Below are positions 41,616 to 53,677 of a stretch of 64,000 bases of DNA, in pieces. This DNA is from Octopus sinensis (taxonomy: Eukaryota). The stretch lies in contig NC_043008.1 in the NCBI RefSeq assembly GCF_006345805.1, positions 56,172,001-56,236,000 of the forward strand, given 5' to 3'. Below the pieces are notes generated by a model, which was given only the letters and a program-made list of their open reading frames with translations, was not told the origin of the DNA and made no database searches. Position numbers and translations under genes: made by a program. Every line of letters begins with the position of its first letter. The stretch's first letter is position 1.

Positions 41616-42004
41616 ATACATCAATGAAGCAATCAATTAATGACAAAAGAACATGTAATTATGCAATGAACTTCTTTAGCTTACAACTGTTTCTGCTATT
41701 AGAAGCAGTGCGCTTAGAGATGAGTGCTTGTGAAACTTCCTAGGGTTTCCTGCCTCGAATTCAGTTTGAAGCAGGAAGCAAAAAGGACCTTGTGGCAATT
41801 GATAAGGAAAAATCAAAGTAAAAGGGGAGATAATTTCAGTAAACTGCAAATAAATTTGCATGCTAATTTGCATACTTAGTGAAAGGACAGCCTGATCTCT
41901 TTGTTTGTAAGCAGGCAACAGCTATGGACATATGTGTTTTGGTCTGTCTGACCTTGTCAGAATAGCAAAGCTTTACCACGTACAAATATATATGTATGTA
42001 TGTA

Positions 42005-42450
42005 TCTGTTCAGAGACGTGCAACCAAACGCATACCCTCCATCAGACACCTACCATATTCTGAGCGCCTTGTTTCCCTGGGCATGGATTCACTGAAGCTC
42101 CGGCGTCTGGCGACGGACTTGGTAAACACCCACAAAGTTGTCAACCACCTCACCAATAACAACACTGAACACCTTTTTGATCTCCATGTGTCTAACACAC
42201 GTGGACATGCCTACAAAGTCAGAAAACAACACAGCTCCCATGACTTTCGGAAACATTTCTTCACACTCAGAGTTGCTGAAGCATGGAATAAACTGCCTGT
42301 CTGCATCAGTTGTTGACTGCCATGACACTGCATCCTTTAAGGCCCTCATGCTTCCCGAAATCCGTCGAAACTACACCTGATTATATATGCACTTTAGATG
42401 AGTTGTAGTGCACCTGAGCACTGTACACAATGTTTATTATTATATTATTA
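42005..42450 (+). mobile_element. CR1-type LINE 3' fragment (ORF2 C-terminus, 3'UTR, (TTA)n tail)
   Basis: VQRRATKRIP...YSERL...LRRL...TRGH..K...RKHFFTLRVAEAWNKLP is the typical CR1/L2-group ORF2 C-terminus. Confidence 0.9.
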
Positions 42451-43034
42451 TATAAATATGGCAATCAACCATATGTGTCTCTCATTGTTTGGACAAAAGT
42501 TCTTTCATCCATTTCTGGCGCCACAAAATGTAATCTTTTCATTTGCGGTATTACCAAATGCTGGTAAATGTATGTATTTTAAACATTTTTTTTTGTCTGT
42601 TCCTCCTCTACAAATTAGAAACATAAATATCAGTTCTTCTTCCGTAATTATTTCAGACCTCAGAATTCCCTGTTTGTTGTATAACAAAAAGAATATTTTT
42701 TTTATTAAAGCTGATTTTTAGCTGTTTTGTTGTTTTAAAGGGCCGTTACATGTAAAAAACAAATAATTGTGTTACTTTTTTTTTTTTTACTTTCTTATCA
42801 CTTTAACTCTTAATGGTATGCAGCTATGCTGCTTTGCCACCTTTAAAATAAAGTTGAAAATAAAGTTGATAGCATTAGCTGTTGTGACCAGATTTCGAAC
42901 CTGGGTTACCATGTCCACAACATAGTGTCATATATTTTATTAAAAGTTTATTCAGAATCTAAGAAGCAAGAATATAGTTATAAATGATTGCAGCCTGGCA
43001 GACACATCCAAGCCATTCAAAAACACACAAAGAC

Positions 43035-43191
43035 TCCTTTACTCTTTTACTTGTTTTAGTCATTTGACTGTGGCCATGCTGGAGCACTGCCTTTAGTCGA
43101 GTAAATCGACCCCAGGACTTATCCTTTGTAAGCCTAGTAATTATTCGATCGGTTGTCAAGCAATGGTGGGGGGACAAACACAGACACACAA

Positions 43192-43266
<75 letters not shown>

Positions 43267-43420
43267 CTTATATATATACAGGTTTCTTTTCAGTTTCCGT
43301 CTACCAGATCCACTCACAAGACTTTGATCGGCCCTAGGCTATAGTAGAAGACACTTGCTCAAGGTGCCATGCAGTGGGACTGAACCCGGGACCATCTACT
43401 TACCACACAGCCCCTCCTAT
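43035..43420 (-). mobile_element. SINE family B
   Basis: Colinear with 21350-21750; + strand copies at 33715-33940 and 48545-48710. Confidence 0.8.
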
Positions 43421-44729
43421 GCCTTAACTTCTCTTAAAGATTTATTATTTGGTGACAAAACTTTCATCATACCAACCAGTGATCTGGTCACTGACCTGAT
43501 CCCACTGTATTCTTGAATGGTCAATACGTGTCTGCCATGTGCCCCAGCATGGCCGCAGCCTTCGGGCTAAAACATTTTTAAGGATTTAAGGATAATGATC
43601 TCAGATCATATCATTTGCCTGGCAAATACACCTGTGAAAAAAAATGTGGTTTTAACTGGTTTTGGTTGGTATGGTCAGTTAACTAGCCAAGAACCTGCTG
43701 TTGTGTTTCACCACCAGTGCCACATCGTTTATGGCTCTGCTTGCCTAGTTGTGAATAAGTCCCATGCAGTGGTGCAGCTTACTGCTGTGAAGTGGCAAGG
43801 CCCGTTGCATGTTTCTGTGTTCTACTGCCCTCCACACCCATTGTTGCTGTAACTTGGGAAAGGAGGAAGAAGATTTCCTCTGGAATGTCTTATCTTAGAT
43901 ACATGGAGAGAAAGATTTCCTGGGGGACCTCAAAAAAAAAAAAAAGCAAAAACAAAATAAATAACTAAATAACATGTTATGATAAATAAATAACATAGAG
44001 TTAGGTCTGTTTGAAAGAAAATGAAACAGTTTCATATTCATGCCTGATACACTTGCATGCACACACATTTGTAGGTGTGTGTCCATATATATATAATTAC
44101 AGGTGTTAACTAAATGTGAGTACATTGCTACATGTAGGTGTCTTGACACCCTTAATCACACTTAGTTGATGACTATAATTCTCCTTGATGATATAACATT
44201 GCAACTAGCTGGGTTTTTTTTCATTTATATATGTAGAAATAAGAGTCAAGAGAAATGACCTGTATGGAGATGGGAAGGGCAACCCACTAGTATAAGTTCG
44301 ATAGTTAAGTTATAAGATGTACAGAACTGATTTTAAATTTATTGGAATTTCCTATTAATGGAAAACAGAAAGCAATTGGAACCCTTACCAATAGCTGATG
44401 TTATTTTTTTCTATTTCTTCGAGATTCGTTAAGGCTTTTTCCTAGTGTTAATGCTTCTTTTAATTTTTTTTGTACTCCATCCATTTAAACTCGTGTGTGT
44501 GTGTATGCGTGCAGCAACACACACATGCATGCATATATCACAGTGATGAATTTAAGCAAACCGAATCTTTGAAGTTGTTGTCAACTCTTACCCTGTTACA
44601 GTTTACTGAACATGTATTTTACTAAAAAAAATGTGTTGAGTAATAACTTCAGTTTAATGTTAAATTGTTTATAAATATAACATGAAATAAAAACACAATA
44701 CAAACAAGTATGTATGTGCATATATATAT

Positions 44730-44772
<43 letters not shown>

Positions 44773-44958
44773 CAAATAAGAAAATGGGGAAACAATTTAG
44801 TTTGTTCATCAACTTTCAGATATTAGAATGTTGAATTATTTATTAATTTAACAAAATGAGAACCTTAATAGCATACATATATATCTTATAATTCAATACA
44901 TATAAGATATGGCAAATATAAACTGCCAGGTGTAAACAATTTGTTATATATATATATA

Positions 44959-45168
44959 CAGGGTGTCCTAGAAAATGTGCACCATTCTGGTTTTTTAAAA
45001 GAATACATCCTTCTTGATTTCAAAAACACTTTATTGAAATTAATTGCAGCAAATGCTCAATTTGAGCACCCTCTACAATAAAACAGGCAGAAAAAAGTAT
45101 GATAGAATAAAATGCTTTAATTATTTTAAATGAAAACCAGAATGGTACGTGACTTCTGGGACACCCTG
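44959..45168. mobile_element. Tc1/mariner-type MITE
   Basis: TA-CAGGGTGTCC...CCATTCTGGTTTT / AAAACCAGAATGG...GGACACCCTG-TA: ~35-bp TIRs and TA TSD. Confidence 0.9.
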
Positions 45169-45170
45169 TA

Positions 45171-45215
<45 letters not shown>

Positions 45216-45273
45216 TGAGAGAATATTATTTCAAACTTACAGGGAAAAATTCAATTTAGAAATACTAAATCAA

Positions 45274-45312
<39 letters not shown>

Positions 45313-45393
45313 GGTCCGGGTTGATCCGGGGTTAACCACAGTAAGTAAGGTACTCATACATAGCAGAGTAAAATTAATTTATTATATAGAAGG

Positions 45394-45443
45394 AGCTTCT
45401 ACGGACTAGTACTGTTTCATTCAAGAGAAATCTTCAGGAAGCT
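45394..45443 (-). ncRNA. Putative minimal type-I hammerhead ribozyme in a Penelope-like pLTR remnant (about 45310-45640)
   Basis: AGCUUC-CUGAAGA-UUUC UCUU GAAU-GAAAC-AGUACUAGUCC-GUA|GAAGCU: perfect 6-bp stem I; AATAAA just downstream; element ends in (TA)n. Confidence 0.65.
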
Positions 45444-45594
45444 ATTTAACAAGAATTGTATTAGCATTTATACATTTGGCAGGTTTAAAGGAGTGGTGGT
45501 GGGGGACTTTTTGGGGGTAGGCATAGCGCAAAATATCATACTTGGGGGAGTGGTCAAGGAGTCAGTGGTAAGTTAGATGAAGGAATAGATAAAT

Positions 45595-45631
<37 letters not shown>

Positions 45632-46290
45632 AAATAAAATGTGTGCACATACATACATAAACATATATATATATATATGTATGTATACACACACACACAC
45701 ACACACTGCACTCAGTGTGTGGTAATTTAGCCATTCAGGTTTCGGCTCTTATTGTTAATCATGTTAAACTTCTACAGTTGCCTGATCTCACAAGGTTTTA
45801 TGTAGTCTGAGGAGGGCTATGATGTAATATAATTAAGAGCACGTTAATAATGAGAGAAAAAAAAAAGAACATGGGCTTGAATTTAGTATTCCTTTATTTC
45901 ATCTGTGATCTATGTTTCAGTATTTGGTAAGGAATTACACTATAAATGCAATTCATAGATGCAACCTTCTGTGACTCTGTACCCCATGTCTTATGTAGAA
46001 AACTGGGCTTCAAGTTGGTACATGATATATTAAACTATATTTACTGAAAATAAAATATTGTAAATAAAACATCAAATTTTATACCATTTTTTAATTATTA
46101 TTTTCATTAAATGTCTCTGTTGAATTTTATAGCAGAGCTAGCAAGACAACACCAGATATGTTAAATTGATTCAGTTAAGCTAATTATTTTACTGTCAGTA
46201 AACTATCACATAACTTTTTTTTTTATTGCACACCTATCATCACCAATGTTTTCAATTTCCAACTGATTGTTTTGGAAGATTATTCTTTAA

Positions 46291-46645
46291 TCTTTAGCAT
46301 TTTGTAGGTGCTTCATGCTGCCGTGTGAGGTTTCTCCTCTCTCAATGCAACACATTGCAGCTGAAGCTACAGGGGAGAAAACCTGTGCAGTGACATGATG
46401 TGCTTAAGCATGCTAAAGGTTAACCCTTTAGCATATAGATTATTCTGTTAAATTTAATATCTGTTTATCCACGTCATTTTGAATGAATCTTGGATTATCT
46501 TGTAGCTTCGATCTTTTGAAGATATGATTGCATATTTTTAGAATGACATTGTAGATTAAGCCCGAGAGGCCAGATCTGGCCTATATGACTGTAAAACAGG
46601 TAGAATATTTAGCCTGTACATAGCCAATTTAAATGCTAAAATGAG
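46291..46645. mobile_element. Two adjacent piggyBac-type MITEs sharing a central TTAA (46420-46423)
   Basis: ttaa-TCTTTAGCAT...ATGCTAAAGG-ttaa-CCCTTTAGCAT...ATGCTAAAA; the second is an inverted relative of 2270-2490. Confidence 0.7.
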
Positions 46646-46766
46646 GGTGGAGAAGAAGACATTGGAAATAAAATTGATGGGAATGGAATCAAATGATGAT
46701 GATGATGGATTGTTAAAATATGTTTGGGGAAACAGTAATCTGCAATTTGTATTTTTGTTTTTGTTT

Positions 46767-46798
<32 letters not shown>

Positions 46799-47061
46799 AT
46801 ATATATAGTGAATGTTTCCCTTGTTAACAATTAACATGGAAAAAAAATATCTAAATAGTTACCAGGGTAGCAAAAGATCACACAAGTAAAAAGGTTGTAA
46901 CTCCTTGTTTTTAAAGGCAAAAACTTCGGGTTTACGTGATATATTTTATATAATATATATAAATAAATAAATGGAGCGATATCTTCGAAACACGTGTCGG
47001 GATATCTTCGAAACATGTGTCGGAAGTAAAAGAATTTGAATAACACCTGCGTTTAACTCCA

Positions 47062-47092
<31 letters not shown>

Positions 47093-47453
47093 TCTTTTAT
47101 GTGACAAAATTATATATATATTTTTTTTGTGTAAAACAAAACCAATTCCTTGTCAATTCATTTTTCTTGGTTAAAGCTCTCACTGATGTTTATTCCTTAA
47201 TCTCCTTCTTGGATGTGTAGATCTCAAGGAATCGAAGCCATGCAATGCTTCGTACCATTTGATGCGACATACAAGGTCCACCATTCAGGTTATTAAGGAT
47301 AAAAGTGAGTAGTTCCCCTGGAATTGAGCAGTGCTGCTGCGCACCACAGAAGTCCATCGTTGCAGAAGTGTGTGTGTATGTATGTATGTATGTGCCTATG
47401 CACATACACACACACAGAGGTAGACACATATATACAGATACATATACATGTAT

Positions 47454-47506
<53 letters not shown>

Positions 47507-47699
47507 ATATTATTTCATGGTCTATCTAAACAAAAATTCTTTTTTTCTCTCCATCCCCCTATTCTATCCCCCCCTTCCCCGGCTATACATGCGGACATAT
47601 ACACACAGATACACACACACACACATATTTTCACTCTTGCTTTATGTTGTCATTCTATGATACACAAAATGTTAATCTTTTTTTGGTTTAAGTCCTCCA

Positions 47700-48115
47700 T
47701 CTTTATCCTAAGTTCAGTCCTAAATGGGATCAAATTCAAAACCATCTACTACTCAATTCATTGCTCAGTTGAGCTGTTCAGTTTGACTTAGTTATACTGA
47801 GTTGAGTCCTACTTTAGATTGGATAAAGTTAAGTCCTAACTTTGAATAATTCAAGTACAAAGGTGTACTGAGTTTGACCAAGCTTAGTCCTAAATTGAAC
47901 TAAGATCAGTCTTAAGTTTGATCAAGTTCTGTCCCAAGCTGGACCAAATTCTGTTCTAAAGCCGATGAATTTCACTGGTAAACTAGAGTAAGCTAAGTCC
48001 TATACTGAACCAAATTTGGTCTCAAGTTGAACGAATCAGTCCTAAGCTTTACTAGTTTCAGCTCGGTGTTGGACCGATTCAGTCTTAAGTTTGGCCAAAT
48101 TCAGTACAAAGGTGT
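47700..48115. repeat. Degenerate ~22-bp minisatellite
   Basis: Repeated aagttcagtcctaagttggacc-like units. Confidence 0.75.
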
Positions 48116-48702
48116 AAGGTGTTTTGTACTGTGTTGTTCTCTTGCCAATTTAAAATATCTATCATAGTGTTTTTTTTTTATCTTTTTCCATTTTATGGTC
48201 CACTACACACTTGCTTGCTACATCACACACACATGTACACAATCCTCTAAACACACATACTTGCACACACACACACACACACTTACCACATAACACACAT
48301 GCCACACAACATTTCATGCATACATATCACATACACACACACACACACACACATACACACCAGCTGTAGCACCACCACCACCACCACCACACCACTTCCC
48401 ATCCTCTTTGATTGTATCTTAATTTTTTATTTCTAGCTTTGTCATCCATCTTTCTCCATATAACTGCTTGAACACACACACACACACACACACACATACA
48501 GACACACATGCTTTCTATTCTCTTCTTTTATGTATTAGATAAAAGTGCAGGCATGGTTGTGTTATTAAGAAGCTTACTTCTCAATTGAGCAGTCTTGGAT
48601 TCAATCCCACTCTATGACACCTTGGACATGTGTCTTCTACTATAACCCTGGGCTGGCCAAAGCTTTGTATGTGGATTAGGTAGATGGAAACTGGAACAAG
48701 TC

Positions 48703-48803
<101 letters not shown>

Positions 48804-48982
48804 CAAATAAGAAAATGGAGAAATGCAATAGTTGGTTCATCAACTTTTGGGACATTAAAATGTTAACTTATTTATTTATTAAAATGATAATTATGATAAC
48901 ATACATACATATAGTATATTATTCTATGCATATAAAATAAGAATACAAGCAATTATTAAAAAACATGAATATAAATTATTAA

Positions 48983-49110
48983 AATCACTTACAGCTGTTT
49001 CAGCCTATAGATAAAAGCATCTCATTCTGCCCATATTAGTCAAGTATATTGAGGTAATAGGCAGTTGAAAATGAGGTACTTATATATATCTCTAGGCCTC
49101 ATCAGGGATT
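48983..49110 (-). ncRNA. Putative hammerhead motif with ~100-nt extended stem II
   Basis: AAUCC-CUGAUGA-GGCCUAGAGAUA...UAUCUAUAGGCU-GAAAC-AGCU-GUA|AGUGAUU; palindromic loop III; stem I imperfect. Confidence 0.55.
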
Positions 49111-49192
49111 ATAAAGTACAATCATAAAAATATAAAAATATAAATATGAAACAAAATACACACACACTTGAATTATATATATATAGATATAG

Positions 49193-49225
<33 letters not shown>

Positions 49226-52107
49226 TGTATGTATGTATGTATGTATGTATGAAGGACTTCTTTCAGTTTCCAGCTACTAAATCCACATGTATGTGTGTGT
49301 GTGTGTTTGTGTCCATGTCTTGACATCATGTGATGATTGCAAAAAGGTATCCCCATCATAGAAGTGATTATTTGTTTCCTATCTTCCTTGTTTGGACACA
49401 GGTGAGGGTTGGCAACAGGAAGAGCATCTGGCCGTACAAAATCTGCCTCAACGAATTCCACCTGACCCATGCAAGTTTAGAAAAGTAAACATTGAGTGAA
49501 GATGATGATAATGATGATGATTTTGTTTCTGCTCTTGGCATCCTTCTTAGTCCATTCCTCACATGGTTGAGTGAAAATATTTCATGCCAGTATAGGTTTC
49601 ATCAATAATTTTTAATTCCTGTGGTGGTCTAACTTTTGGTCAGGTATTCCTAGAGAATAGGAGCTGTTTTCTTGAAGAACCCTCAGGTTGAAGACCAAGT
49701 CTAAATGTTTGCATTGAACAGAGTGCACTTTGTTAAGGGCATGTAAGGGATGGCAAGTAGGTAACTGATTTATGTTTATCATCCACTACCTACTTATAAG
49801 GTGCTTCCTGTTTCAATACACATTGAAGACCATCTGTAAACTAAAATCTCATTTTGAGTCACTTGAAATAACAAAAATTTCATTTTAGTTTTATTTTCAC
49901 TATTACATTGTTTTATGTTATATCAAAATATTGATTTCGAATTTTGGCACAATATCGGGGGTCGAACCCTGTGGTTGTTGTAATCGACTTAATCCCTCCC
50001 CCTAAATTTCCAGCCTTGTGCCAAAATTTGAACTGATTATTTATTATATGCCATTACGAAGGTAGTTAGCTGGCAGAATCGTTGGTGCTTTGGGCAAAAT
50101 GTTTGGTAGCATTTCTTCCAAATTTTTACTTTCTGAGTTCAAATTCTGCTGAGGTCATCTTAGCTTTTCAATCTATCAAGTTTGTTAAAATTAGTTCTAT
50201 TCGAGCACTGGGGTTGATACAATCAACTTGACCCTTCGCCTAAAACTGTTGGCTTTGTGCCAAAAACCAAAATATGAAACCATTATCTATCATTACAATG
50301 TCTATTATATATATATAATGTAGTATGGTGTATTATACAATATTAGGTAACCCTATTGGTATTCCATAGTTTAATTAAGACACAATCAGCAAGTATTAAA
50401 CTGTTAGGTGTGTGTGCATGCACCAAGAGCATTGGCATGTGTGTGTATGTGCTAGTAGTGTTTATTTGAATCTCTCTCGCTCTGTCTCATTCTTTCTCTC
50501 TTACACACACACGCATACTTTCATCATCTCTGTAACATAGATGTGTGAGTGCATGGGCCCCTTGTGATTGTTTGAACCTCTGTCTTTGTCTCTCACTCTA
50601 CTGTGCACACAATTTTTTCTACTCCCTTTCCACAGCATGACAGATTAGTGTGAATGATTTTTTACACCACAGGAATCTGTTGTTAACAATTTAATGTAAT
50701 ATATCCTTGCATATTGTATGTTAGAAAACACCACATATTACACCACCTGACAAAAAAAGTCCCAATATATTCACATAAATAACACACTGTATTATGTCAT
50801 AATACAAAATATCAAAAATACGTTATTATATCACATTCCAAAATGTTGCATATTATATGCCATATTACAAAATATCACATCATATTATAAATATTGCATG
50901 TTATATTTATTTTGCAAAACATCAAATATGACTTTTATAATATTATAAAACATCTGTAACATTATCAACTGATATTACAAGATATTGCTTGACATATGAT
51001 ACTGTATTATAATATATCACATTTGTGATGGCATTTTATAAAGTATGACATATTGTATTTATTCTATTATATACCAAAATATCATGTTTATTAATTATAT
51101 TACAAAATTACCAACCACTTATCAAACAGTTTTTAATTGGAAAAATCATTCTCCTCCACTATAATTTGTTTCACTGCATATTTAAAATATTTCTCTGAAA
51201 TAATCTCTTCAAAATCAAAATTTGATTACACCGGATAAATTATGAAAATTTTTCTCTTAACGATAATATAAATAATACAGCCAGCCACACACCCACCCAC
51301 CCTTCTCCAACCTGTGGTACCGATTTTTTTTTAGTATATTAAAACGTACAACACACTTCTGTAATAAATGGACTTCTGCTGATGAGAAAAAAAAAGACAG
51401 AAAATATGTGATTGAGCAACAGGACGAAAAAGGATATCTGTTGCTATCAAAGAGATATTAAGCATGTTTAATTATCTCACTGTTAGATATCAACTTGGCA
51501 ATGCCTGCATGACATGTATGATTTTTGTATTTTATTTATTTATTTATTTTATTCATTGTTTATTTTTCTATTTTTGACTCCTTTTTCTTCTTCTTTATTG
51601 CTTTTCATATTCTTGAAGTCAAACGAAAAAGAAAAAAAAAAATGCCAAAAAAAAAAAAAAATTAACCACTATTTTTCCAGCATCCTCGTGAATGAGCTTC
51701 AGTTTCTTTTTTCTACCTCCACCCCCACCTCTAGCCCTACCACATTTTCCATTCTTCTGTTTTGGGTTGATTTTTCCTTGAACTGGAATCGGAGTTGGTT
51801 CCTGTGGAGACAGCCTTTATTCCCCAAGCTTTGCCATTTCCAAAGACAGCAAGAAGCAGAGATTTACTAAAACCTTGCTACTTATTTATTTATCTATTTA
51901 TTTGTTTCCTTTTTTTGTTTTCAGTCAACATTTGGACGTCACTGCTTTTTAACCTAAACCTATGTACGTGTGTATGTATCTGTGTGCATTTGTGTGCGTA
52001 TGTGTGTGTGTTCGCGTGTGTGTGAATAAAGCATTTTTGGTTGTGTACAGAATAGTATATTGGTAATAATAATAATAATAATAATGATGATGATGATGTT
52101 GTTAATG

Positions 52108-52156
<49 letters not shown>

Positions 52157-52813
52157 GCTTAGTCAGTAGTGAAGGAATTGTTCTTGTGGATTATTTGTAT
52201 ATACAGCTACAGAAAGTTTTCACATTTTCTGTAGATGTGTTTTCCAAGGAAATTAAATGGAATGACGGAGATGTACTTGCATAGCAAGTGATTTGATCTG
52301 AGATCTGCACGGATTTTTGTCAGTGAACAGGTCGCAGTCTTAAAGCGACGAAAATATTTTGACAAATTAAACTTAAATGTTGAAGTGAACCGAACGGCTT
52401 TTGTGTGTTTCTTAAATGGAATGAAATGAATTTAAAATAAAGCCAAATTAAGTAAAACAAAGTGGAACATATATGCATTGATACATTTAAGAAATTTAAA
52501 TGTAAAAATGTAATAATGTAAATGTTCTTTATTTAATTTAATTTTATTTTATTTCAATTCATTTTATATCATTCTATCTCACTTTGTTTCCTTGGAAAAT
52601 GTGAAAACATTCTGTACCTGTGCATGAATAAACCAAGGAACAATTCCTTCATTTCTTCTGACTAACTTTATTAGTATTGCCAGTATATGTGTGTGTGTGT
52701 GAGTGTGTGTGTGTGTGTCTGTGTATATACACACACACACACACATGTTAATATTGAACAATGAGAATGACTGCTCAAGACTGTATTAGTGGATAAAAAT
52801 TCTTTATGGGTTA

Positions 52814-52869
52814 AGGCTACCATTGGTTTCATGTTAGGAGAGAGATATCCCTTAACAATTATCAAACCT
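52814..52869 (-). ncRNA. Inverted second copy of the U3-A8 hammerhead motif
   Basis: AGGU-UUGAUAA-U UGUUAAGG...CCUAACA U-GAAAC-CAAUG-GUA|GCCU. Confidence 0.5.
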
Positions 52870-53022
52870 GCTACATGAAACATCGGTGTTTCTTTTCCAT
52901 CTTGGATTAAACCATGATAACATCACATAAGATCGTGATAAAATAATGTGAGATTTTGAGTAAACGGAATGAATATCAGGGAGGATATTTGAATTATTAT
53001 CTCCCTTGCCTAAATTTGAGGC

Positions 53023-53076
53023 AGGCTTGATAATTGTTAAGGAATTTCTCTCTTAGCATGAAACCAATAGTAGCCT
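53023..53076 (+). ncRNA. Putative hammerhead with U3-A8 variant core
   Basis: AGGC-UUGAUAA-U UGUUAAG...CUUAGCA U-GAAAC-CAAUA-GUA|GCCU. Confidence 0.5.
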
Positions 53077-53629
53077 CAACCTACAAATAAAGAATATACA
53101 GATATATTATGTGCAAATATCATATACACATATATACATATATATGTATGTGTGTATGAATGTATGTGTGTATTAAGGAGTTGAATTTTATTTTTATAAT
53201 ATATCAAGCTGTTTGTTGAATTTGTTAGTTGAATTTGACGTGTGTTCAGTTTGATCTAATAACATTTCTTTGGTTTTCTTTTTGGTTGGAATATCCACTG
53301 GTGATTTTTAGTAATTCTTCCGTATGTGCATGTGTGCGTGAGAGTGTGATTTATTTTTGTGTGTGTGTGTGTCTGTGTGTGGTTTGTGATTTTCCCTGGA
53401 TTTTTTTTTCTGTTGTTGTTGTTATTATTATTGTTGTTGTTTGTATTTGATTTCATGCATGATCATCAGTTAGTCTAACGAAGCTGAAGAATGCGTAATT
53501 ATCACCAGAGTTTCTTTAGGATTAGCTGACATGTCGTTACAGCTTCACACATTTAATTATCTGATATCACAATCACATTTTTATGATGAGTTGTTTTTCT
53601 TTACATATATGTATGCGTGTGTGTGTGTG

Positions 53630-53677
<48 letters not shown>

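Noticed and set aside
43718-43850. Exon-like GC-richer stretch after caccag (similar case at 51680-51870)
   Set aside because: In the phase required after exon 32318-32492 it reaches a stop codon, and no good donor is present.
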